From: Desulfofustis sp.
Lineage (GTDB): Bacteria; Desulfobacterota; Desulfobulbia; Desulfobulbales; Desulfocapsaceae
Length of the DNA: 54,296 nucleotides
Direction: 5' to 3'
Assembly (NCBI GenBank): GCA_037387205.1
Contig: JARRLH010000007.1
Location: 1-54,296, forward strand
Shown here: positions 1-9,410 of the stretch, piece after piece
How positions within the stretch are numbered: position 1 is the first letter of the stretch
How the letters are laid out: the number at the start of each line of letters is the position of its first letter
Program-made: the position numbers and the translations under genes
Notes under the pieces: model-generated
Database searches by the model: none
What the model was told of the DNA's origin: nothing
What the model saw: the letters and a program-made list of their open reading frames with translations, nothing else

Positions 1-1601
1 GTCTCACAGACCTCGGCCAGACCGGGACCGCAGTGAACCGCTGCCGCGCCGGGCGTCAGCAGTCCGTGGATACCGGCGGCGATAGCCGAACAACCGGTGG
101 TCAGGACGATGACATCGTTCTTGATCAATTACTAGATCAGGGCGATGTGTTCTACGTTATGCTTGGAACGGGCGTTGTTGCAGCCCACCACGCCGGCGAT
201 GCCGCGAATACGGCCGTTGATGATGTTGTCGTTCAGGGTGTAATAATCGCCACGGAACGATCCGCCCAGGTGGTAGCGGATCGACTCGACGCCGAAGCCG
301 GCGATCTGGGTGGTCTTGTGGCTCGGAATCATTACATCGGCGCCGCGGTTTGCGTAGTTCTCGATGGCCATCTTGACGATCTTGATGGCATCTTCCATGG
401 CGTGATGCTCATCAAACTCGATATGAATGACGTTATCCTGCTCCATCTTGGCGATCGGATGGGTGGTGATGAGCTTGGTGTGGAAACATTTGGCCACGTT
501 GGCCAGGTTCTGGAAGATACACTGCACGTCGACGACCATGGCGTCGCAGGCGCCGGTGATCACCGCCAGTTCCTGCTGCAGGAAGGTTCCGGCCGGCGGT
601 ACGCCATGTCTCTGCAGGATTTCGTTGGCGGTACAGCAGATGCCGCCGAGCTGAATGCCCTTGGCACCGATCTCCTTGGCGTAGTCGATCATTTCCTGCG
701 ACTGGGCCGCGGCAACGATCATCTCGGAGAGCAGCGGCTCATGGCCGTGAACTATGATGTTGACATGGTCCTCCTTCATTACGCCCAGGTTAGCTTCGGC
801 CTGCAGGGGTGAGGGGCTGCCGAACATGACATCCTGGAGATCGGTAGCAATCATAGCACCGCCCCAGCCGTCGGCCAGCGAGGTTCGGGTGCCCTGTTTC
901 ATGAGATTTTTGTAGTCCTGATCAACACCCATATGGGTGCGGTGCATGATTTCCACTCCCTCACGGTCGATGGCCCGAGGCTCGACTCCTTCCTTCTTCC
1001 ATTTTTCCTGCAGAGGCTTTGGAGCACGCTTCAGATAGGCCAGGGTACCGCCGACCTTTCCGAACTCAGCGGCAGCCGCTTCGGCAACGCCCAGGGCGAT
1101 TTCGTCGATATCCCTGTCCAGAGTCTCCCCGTCCACCTCAACGGTGGTGTCAACGCCGAAATAAGGCGCGATCTGGATCAGCTTTGCCGGATCCTTGATC
1201 TTGTAGTCGTCGGTCTCTTTTCGGGCTACGGAGAGAAAAGTCTCAACCACGCCCCGGCCGTGATCGGAGTGGGCCGAAGCACCGGCGGCAATCATCCGGG
1301 CAAAGTTACGGGCACAGATGGTGTTGGCGGTAGCCCCGCACAATCCTTTTCTGGTGTCCTCGCCGTCGATTCCGCCCTTGGGCAGCGGCAGGCGGCACGG
1401 CCCCATGGCACAATTCTTACAGCAGATGCCCTGCAGGCCGATGGCGCATGGTTTCATGGTCACGGCCCGGTCGAAGACGGTGTCGATCTGCAGCTTCTGG
1501 GCCCGCTCAATCATCTGCTGGGTTGAAGGTTCGATCGATGCCTCTCTCGGGTTAGCGAGTTTTGGATCTTTTGCTGCGGTTTTAGCTTTTGATTCTACCA
1601 T
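1..1601 (-). pseudogene. cooS: Ni-dependent anaerobic carbon-monoxide dehydrogenase catalytic subunit (CooS/AcsA family). The 3' end runs off the window. The frame is interrupted by tandem in-frame TAG-TAA at 129-134.
   Basis: ORF 132..1616 carries the Cys-rich N-terminus CAIGLQGICCKNCAMGPCRL and later GCNNARSKH, both typical of CooS. The track start is a GTG. An ATG at 1601 lies 7 nt after a GGAGGA RBS. After the two stops the same frame continues LIKNDVIVLTTGCSAIAAGIHGLLTPGAAAVHCGPGLAEVCE to the window edge, which is still CODH-like sequence. Confidence 0.85.
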
Positions 1602-1673
1602 CTTGTAATCCTCCACAAATTAATTCTGTGTTAGTCCGCAAATATTTTTCCATCTGACACCACACAGATCCAC

Positions 1674-3242
1674 TTACTTACGCTTATGGAATCTGTCCAG
1701 CATTTGTAGAATTTTTTCCTGCTCCGTGTACTGTTCGGCAGCCGGAGTCAGGGTTATCTCTTCGGTCTCACCTTGGGCGCGCTGGGCGGCCAGTTTCTCT
1801 TTTTCCGCCGCACGCTTCTGACGCAGTTCCTTCTCTTCCGCATCGCGGGCGGCGCGGGCATCGGCAGCGGCCTGCTTCTCGGCCTCTTTCTTGGCCTTGG
1901 CGTCGGCCTCGGCCTTGGCCTTGGCTTCCTCTTCGGCCCTGGCCTTGGCCTCTGCATCTGCCTTGGCTTTGGCTTCCGCGTCAGCCTTGGCCTTGGCTTC
2001 GGCCTCGGCTTTGGCCTTGGCGTCCGCTTCGGCCCTGGCCTTGGCATCTTCTTCGGACTCAGCCGGTTCAGCGGCCGGTTCGGGTTTGGCCTCTACCTTC
2101 TCCTCTTTGGCCGGGGCCGGAGCGGCAGCCGCCTTGGCTGGAGCCGCTTCTGCCTTGGCCGCCGGAGCCGCTTTCTTGGCCGGAGCACCCTTCTTCTCGT
2201 CCTCGATGGTCAGATCGGGTTCCGGAGCCAGGGCTCCAAAATCGATGGCGACGTCATCGGTCATTTTGCTGATCGGCGCCGCGTCGGCGAGGCTGCCGCC
2301 ATCGGCCAGAGCGTTGATGAACTCCTTGGTCAGCCGAATCGACTCGGGGTGCCGCATGATCAGGATATTGGTACCGCTGAGCAGATAGGAGACGGCTCCA
2401 ACCGCTTCCATCAGGATGCCCCTGCGCTCAGGATCGCCGAGCAGCGGTGCCTCCTCGACGGTCTGCTTTGCTTCCTTGCACTTCCAGACCTCGTTGCCGA
2501 GGTTGTTGATCATCGGGTACTGGAGCTTGTCGTCTCCCTGGGTCATGGCCGCCATGCTGAGGCGTTCCATGACCGAGTAGGAATACTCGAGTCCGTAGCC
2601 GAGACCGCCGGTAGTTGGATCTACGATGACCCGCTCCATCGGCATACCGAAGTTCTCGAGCAATATATTGATCTGCTTGGCCAGGTTGACATCGATCGGC
2701 GAGGAAGAAATCAGCGAGTGATTGTAGCCCATGGCGGCGGCGGCAATGCCCTTGTAATTCTTCTCTTCGACCGGCCCCATCAGCAGATTCTCGCTGTCAC
2801 AGGATTCACAGATGGCCTTGAGCACCTCTTCATCCTTATCCGGATTGGCACATCCCCAGACGATCAAGGGCACGTCGATGGCGTCGAGAACTTTCTTGGC
2901 CGTCTCGGCCGCTGAGGCGGCGCTGGCATCCTTGTCATTGGGATCAACTGACTTCAACTGCAGGACGATGGCCTGGGCGCCATAGTCTTCAACGCATTTC
3001 TTGGCCCAGGCTGCCGGATCAGAGATCACATCCTTGAACGGCGCCACCGCGGCCTCCGGCCAGTCTTCCGGTTCCATGTCCCAGATTTCCATGGCGATGA
3101 TAGGCTTGTTCGGCATGTCGCCTTCGAACGTATAGAAGGGATAACATGTCTCTCCACCGACGGTCAGGGCGGCGGCGCCTTTACCAATGGAAATTTCCTT
3201 GATTCCACCGGTATAAGACTCTTTCTTGAGTTCAAATGCCAC
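1674..3242 (-). CDS. acsD: Corrinoid iron-sulfur protein small subunit (AcsD/CdhD delta subunit) with a long C-terminal Ala/Pro/Lys/Glu low-complexity extension
   Basis: The first ~350 aa match the AcsD/CdhD TIM-barrel family (EISIGKG..LTVGGETCYPFY, VDPTTGGLGYGLEYSYSVMER). The gene starts with GTG preceded by AAGGAGG. It lies between cooS and the RACo gene. Confidence 0.8.
   Translation of the reverse strand: MAFELKKESYTGGIKEISIGKGAAALTVGGETCYPFYTFEGDMPNKPIIAMEIWDMEPEDWPEAAVAPFKDVISDPAAWAKKCVEDYGAQAIVLQLKSVDPNDKDASAASAAETAKKVLDAIDVPLIVWGCANPDKDEEVLKAICESCDSENLLMGPVEEKNYKGIAAAAMGYNHSLISSSPIDVNLAKQINILLENFGMPMERVIVDPTTGGLGYGLEYSYSVMERLSMAAMTQGDDKLQYPMINNLGNEVWKCKEAKQTVEEAPLLGDPERRGILMEAVGAVSYLLSGTNILIMRHPESIRLTKEFINALADGGSLADAAPISKMTDDVAIDFGALAPEPDLTIEDEKKGAPAKKAAPAAKAEAAPAKAAAAPAPAKEEKVEAKPEPAAEPAESEEDAKARAEADAKAKAEAEAKAKADAEAKAKADAEAKARAEEEAKAKAEADAKAKKEAEKQAAADARAARDAEEKELRQKRAAEKEKLAAQRAQGETEEITLTPAAEQYTEQEKILQMLDRFHKRK
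1773..2189 (-). repeat. Coding low-complexity / short tandem repeat tract (A-K-A-E/D-A periodicity; GCC-TTG-GCN-TCN type repeats on the plus strand) inside acsD
   Basis: The translation reads AKARAEADAKAKAEAEAKAKADAEAKAKADAEAKARAEEEAKAKAEADAKAKKEAEK, preceded by an Ala/Pro-rich linker. All other frames are also open here (ORFs 1754..2047, 1773..2915, 1891..2388), as expected for a simple repeat. Confidence 0.85.
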
Positions 3243-3445
3243 TTTAGCCTCCTTCAGTTTTTTGAGTTAATCTCCGGTCAGTTCAACCGGCCGAACGGCT
3301 GCATGGACCCCAGCCGCTCAACCCACTGTACCCATAAAAATTCCACCACTACAACAAAGCTGCTTTTAATGTAGGTAAACAAAAACCGGCACCACCTAGT
3401 ATTAATGGAAACCAGTGCTTATTTCAAATAGCCGGACAACTTTTT

Positions 3446-5401
3446 TCAATTCCTCGACACCAACGCCTTCCAGGCCGCCACACGCTCCTTGACCTTGGGA
3501 AATTTCTCGATCTCCGTATGCGGTATGAACATCGCCGCCACGTAATGATCCATGTAGGAAGGGGTTTCCGAGAGTTCGAAATTGGTCATCTTTTTGGTCA
3601 CTTCGACCACGTCTTTTCGTATTCGGTTGGTGAGCGAACTCATCCGCGCTCCCATCAGCGAACCGTTGCCGATGAAAATCACCCGCTCGGCATCGATCTC
3701 CGGCAGCAGACCGATGGTCATCGCCTTCTCCAGGTCGATATAGCTGCCGAAACCGCCGGCCAGGATAATACGCTCGATCATGTCCATGGAGAAGCCAACC
3801 TCCTCGAGCAGGGTCATGCAGCCGCTGTAGACCGCGCCCTTGGCCCGGATGAGGTTGTCGATATCTATTTCGGAGATGGTGATGTCCCGACCGATCTGGG
3901 TTTGATCCTCGTAGGCCAGGACGTATTCCCAGACACCGTTGTTCTTTCTGATGCGCTCGGTATCAAGATCCTGGTTGAATTTACCCCGGTTGTTGAGCAC
4001 TCCCATCTCGAACATCACCGCTACCATGATGATAAGTCCGGACCCGCAGATCCCCTTGGGACGCACGTCGCCGATGGTCAACAGCATCGGCTCGAAGCTC
4101 ACCGGATCCAGGGAAAAGTCCTCGATGGCGCCGCGGGCCGCCCGCATGCCGAATTCAATGCCGCCGCCCTCGAAGGCCGGTCCGGCCGAGCAGGCGGTGC
4201 AGGCCAGCCAGTCCTTGTTGCCGATGACGATTTCGGCGTTGGTGCCGATATCGAGGAACAGGGTCAGCTCTTCTTCACGGTAAAGTCCGGTGCCCATGAT
4301 GCCGGCCACGATATCCCCGCCCACATAGCTGGAGATTGCCGGGTAGAGCAGGGCAATGACATGTTCGTCCAGATCAAGCCCGATGGTGGCCGCCCTGACC
4401 GGCGGGTCCATGGTCGAGGCCGGGACATAAGGGGCCCGGCGCAGGTAGCTCGGGTCGATGGCCAGGAGCAGCTGGGTCATGGTGGTATTACCCGCCATGG
4501 TGATGGTGGCAATGTTCTCCTGCTCCACCCCTGCCCTGCTGATGATTTTCCCGAGCACCTTGTTGATCGTACCGACGACTGTCCGCTGCAGCGTCTCCAG
4601 TCCGTCTCCCTTTTCGGCGAAGATCATCCTGCTGATGACATCCTCGCCGTAGCTTATCTGGCCGTTGAAGTCACCGTCCTCGGCCAAACTCTCACCGGAC
4701 TTGAGGTCGATGAGCTGGGCATAAATAGTGGTCGTGCCGATATCCAGGGCGATGGCGTAGGTCTGATCCGTGGTATCGCCCGGCTGGATGTTGGTAATCA
4801 GCGTCTTGCCGTCATCACGAACCGGGCGGACCAGGGTGACGGTAACCTTGAAATCATGCTCGCGCAGAATGGAGGGCAGTTTACGGATCACTGGAATAGT
4901 GAGTTCCAGTTTGTGTTCGTCTGCTTGTAATTTGAGAAATTCTATAAGCCTGGTGACGTCCGGCATGTTGTTCTGGGCGTCGGGGGGAGGCAGTTCGAGG
5001 AAGGCCTTTTCAACGGGAGGGATGAATAATCCCCGTTCCTTGAGGCTGCTAAAATCCATCTGCTGGATTTTGGCGGTTTGTCTGGGCTTTACCTGCTGAT
5101 CGAAAACCGAGCGATCCATGGCCGACTCGACCGGCACCCGAATGGTTGCATCTCCGGTCACTCTGGCCTGGCAGGCCAACCTGTAGCCGGCCTCGATATC
5201 TTCTTGGCTGAGACGTTCGGAGACTCCCTCGGCTACATTTCCCTGCTCGATCAGGACCCGGCATTTAGCGCAGACACCTTCCCCGCCGCAGGAGGCATTG
5301 ATATGAACTCCTGCCTGCAAGGCACTGCGAATCAAACTGTCCCCGTCAGAAACCTCGATGGATCTCTGGTAAGGAAGAAATGTGATTCTACTTTGACTCA
5401 T
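3446..5401 (-). CDS. Reductive activator of corrinoid Fe-S protein (RACo-type; N-terminal 2Fe-2S ferredoxin domain fused to an ASKHA-fold ATPase)
   Basis: The N-terminus carries the plant-type ferredoxin motif ASCGGEGVCAKCRV..C. The rest is a ~550-aa ASKHA-like body (DIGTTT, DIGTNAE). Total length is 651 aa, and the gene sits directly upstream of acsD. Confidence 0.8.
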   Translation of the reverse strand: MSQSRITFLPYQRSIEVSDGDSLIRSALQAGVHINASCGGEGVCAKCRVLIEQGNVAEGVSERLSQEDIEAGYRLACQARVTGDATIRVPVESAMDRSVFDQQVKPRQTAKIQQMDFSSLKERGLFIPPVEKAFLELPPPDAQNNMPDVTRLIEFLKLQADEHKLELTIPVIRKLPSILREHDFKVTVTLVRPVRDDGKTLITNIQPGDTTDQTYAIALDIGTTTIYAQLIDLKSGESLAEDGDFNGQISYGEDVISRMIFAEKGDGLETLQRTVVGTINKVLGKIISRAGVEQENIATITMAGNTTMTQLLLAIDPSYLRRAPYVPASTMDPPVRAATIGLDLDEHVIALLYPAISSYVGGDIVAGIMGTGLYREEELTLFLDIGTNAEIVIGNKDWLACTACSAGPAFEGGGIEFGMRAARGAIEDFSLDPVSFEPMLLTIGDVRPKGICGSGLIIMVAVMFEMGVLNNRGKFNQDLDTERIRKNNGVWEYVLAYEDQTQIGRDITISEIDIDNLIRAKGAVYSGCMTLLEEVGFSMDMIERIILAGGFGSYIDLEKAMTIGLLPEIDAERVIFIGNGSLMGARMSSLTNRIRKDVVEVTKKMTNFELSETPSYMDHYVAAMFIPHTEIEKFPKVKERVAAWKALVSRN

Positions 5402-5607
5402 CCGAACTCCGGGTACCAGTAAACAACGACAGCGAGCAGCCTAAATTAAAGCCTGTTTAATGTACTCAAAAATGAAGATTTTTTAAAAAGAAATCTTTAA
5501 CTTAGTGAACAACAGAAAGGTGCCCGCCCAGGCCATGCTGGACTGACCAGTTTTCCATGCGACTTAACTGTTCTGTATTATACCGCATTGTGGTAGTCGC
5601 TCAGCAA

Positions 5608-7644
<2,037 letters not shown>

Positions 7645-7658
7645 TTATGGTTCTTACG

Positions 7659-7682
7659 GGGACACAATACCTATTGTGTCCC
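7659..7682. promoter_or_regulatory. Perfect 11-2-11 palindrome GGGACACAATA-CC-TATTGTGTCCC (copy 1) in the fadH / radical-SAM divergent intergenic region
   Basis: Read directly from the sequence. The 2-nt spacer makes an RNA hairpin unlikely and a dimeric DNA-binding-protein site more likely. Confidence 0.5.
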
Positions 7683-7724
7683 TCGTGTATTGAGTGATAT
7701 AACCTTAAAACATTTGCTGAGATA

Positions 7725-7748
7725 GGGACACAATAGGTATTGTGCCCC
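7725..7748. promoter_or_regulatory. Second copy of the same palindrome, GGGACACAATA-GG-TATTGTGCCCC (1 mismatch)
   Basis: Read directly. Its centre lies about 66 bp from the centre of copy 1, and it ends about 40 nt upstream of the radical-SAM ATG at 7789. Confidence 0.5.
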
Positions 7749-7788
7749 CGTTCATCCTTTCATATAACACCTGAGCTCACCTGTCATC

Positions 7789-8658
7789 ATGCATTACCAC
7801 GGCAACATATTTCGCCCGCCAAGCGAGGCCAATTCAATCCTTCTCCAGGTCACCACCGGCTGCTCCCACAATAAATGCAGTTTCTGCGGGATGTACAAGC
7901 AGAGCCGATTCTCCATCAAGAGCGAAGAGCTCATCATGGCAGATATCGACTTTGCCGCTCGCCATTGCCGGCACCAGAAACGTCTTTTCCTGTGCGACGG
8001 AGACAGCCTGATCCTGCCCCAGAAACGGCTGCTGCCCATCCTCGAAACAATCCGCACGAAACTGCCATGGGTGGAGCGGGTAGGTACTTACGCCAACCCT
8101 AAAAGCATCGCCCTGAAAAGCCCGGACGAACTTCGCGAACTGCGCAGCCTGGGGCTTGCCATCGCCTACATGGGTCTGGAATCGGGCGATGACGAGACCC
8201 TGGGAAAAATTAACAAGGGCTGTGACCGGGCCACAATGATTGAGATGGGCGGAAAAATCCGCTCTGCGGGAATTAAGCTTTCCATCACTGTCATTTTAGG
8301 GATAGCCGGTCCCGAACGAGCGCAGACTCACGCCAGGCTGAGCGGCACGGCGCTCAGTGCAATCGATCCTGAATTCGTCGGCGCCCTGAGCCTTATGCTG
8401 ACCCCCGAGACCCCGCTCCATCAAGAGTATCTGCAGGGAGTGTTCAGCCTGCCGGGGCCGCAGGAGATGCTCGCCGAACTGCGCACCATGCTGCACCACA
8501 CCGAACTGAGCGGCGGCTACTTTCACGCCAACCACGCCTCCAATTATCTGCCGATCAAAGCCCGGCTGCCGGAGGACAAGGAGGCCACCCTGAAGCTGAT
8601 CGACCGGGCTCTCAAGGGTGAAATCGGCTTAAAACCGGAATATATGCGAGGCCTTTAG
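7789..8658 (+). CDS. Radical SAM domain protein (unusual CX4CX2C cluster motif)
   Basis: The motif is TTGCSHNKCSFCGMY, followed by an Elp3/MiaB-like (beta/alpha)6 core with GLESGDDETL. ATG start. Confidence 0.75.
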   Translation: MHYHGNIFRPPSEANSILLQVTTGCSHNKCSFCGMYKQSRFSIKSEELIMADIDFAARHCRHQKRLFLCDGDSLILPQKRLLPILETIRTKLPWVERVGTYANPKSIALKSPDELRELRSLGLAIAYMGLESGDDETLGKINKGCDRATMIEMGGKIRSAGIKLSITVILGIAGPERAQTHARLSGTALSAIDPEFVGALSLMLTPETPLHQEYLQGVFSLPGPQEMLAELRTMLHHTELSGGYFHANHASNYLPIKARLPEDKEATLKLIDRALKGEIGLKPEYMRGL

Positions 8659-8666
8659 CGGGTTCT

Positions 8667-9071
8667 TCAGCCAGAGCCCAGCTGCAGAAGATCCTCTTTA
8701 ACCTCGCCCTCCATGACCACGGCGCTGCCGTCCGGACCCACGATCACGAAGGTAACCAGGGCATCGACTGCAATTTCCTGTGATTGCTTGAGGCGGATTT
8801 CCTGCTTGAGCACCGCCGAACGATGGCCAAACTTTTGCAGAGCGGTCGACACCTCAAGCCTCATCCCGGGGCCAACCGCTATACGATAATTCACGTTGAT
8901 GTTGACCACCATGAACACCAGTCCCCGGGCGGCCCATTTGTTGAGATCGATATGAGCCTCGAGCATGGCCCACCGATCCTCTTCGAGAAATTCCAGATAA
9001 CGGGCATTGTTGACATGCCCGTAAATGTCCATGTGGTAGCCGCGGGTAATGATCTCGGTGAGAATCTTCAT
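8667..9071 (-). CDS. Acyl-CoA thioesterase, 4HBT/YbgC-FadM hot-dog family
   Basis: The hot-dog thioesterase signature DIYGHVNNARYLEFLEEDRW is present. Length is 134 aa, and it is the last gene of the Fe-S oxidoreductase/SCP2 operon. Confidence 0.7.
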   Translation of the reverse strand: MKILTEIITRGYHMDIYGHVNNARYLEFLEEDRWAMLEAHIDLNKWAARGLVFMVVNINVNYRIAVGPGMRLEVSTALQKFGHRSAVLKQEIRLKQSQEIAVDALVTFVIVGPDGSAVVMEGEVKEDLLQLGSG

Positions 9072-9091
9072 GGGCTGGCCCCCAGCCTTCG

Positions 9092-9400
9092 TTAGTCCTT
9101 ACCGAAGGCCTTGAGAAAGAGCTGCAAGGCCTCCGGATTGTTCGATTTGATCTTGCCTGAGAGAAAATCTCCCAGCCCGGGTCGATACCCTTCATTCCAG
9201 ATCGACACGAAGAAAGACTCATCTGTTTTACATACGCAATCGGCCTCGTCAACTGTACGGCCGTCCTCAACCGTACAGGTCCTGTCGTCAAGACGCACCG
9301 TCTTCTTGGCAGCGCCAAGGGAAAAATAGTAAACCAGCGGTTCACTGACCACTCCCGGCACGAACGAGCCAGGCAGAGAAGCAAAAATCGCAGCTACCAT
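9092..9400 (-). CDS. SCP2 (sterol/lipid carrier) domain protein
   Basis: The C-terminal part reads ADCVCKTDESFFVSIWNEGYRPGLGDFLSGKIKSNNPEALQLFLKAF, a typical SCP2 fold signature. I place the start at the internal ATG (MVAAIF), 10 nt after the upstream stop, and treat the longer track ORF (to 9496) as a spurious extension. Confidence 0.65.
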   Translation of the reverse strand: MVAAIFASLPGSFVPGVVSEPLVYYFSLGAAKKTVRLDDRTCTVEDGRTVDEADCVCKTDESFFVSIWNEGYRPGLGDFLSGKIKSNNPEALQLFLKAFGKD

Positions 9401-9410
9401 AGCGCACCCT

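Noticed and set aside
1754-2915. Alternative-frame ORFs through the acsD repeat (1754..2047 Pro/Arg/Lys-rich, 1891..2388 Ala/Ser/Leu-rich, 1773..2915)
   Set aside because: They are open only because the GCC/TTG/GCN repeat lacks stops in every frame. The acsD frame is the only one contiguous with a recognisable domain and an RBS.
3518-4930. Long antisense ORFs opposite well-supported genes: 3518..4930, 19177..20787, 29204..30358, 31009..32478, 36860..37957, 33..812, 5887..6795 and 22796..23371
   Set aside because: They lie entirely antisense to genes with clear family signatures. Their composition is Arg/Gly/Pro/His-rich and low in information. They lack RBS and domain motifs. Such stop-free antisense frames are typical of GC-rich DNA.
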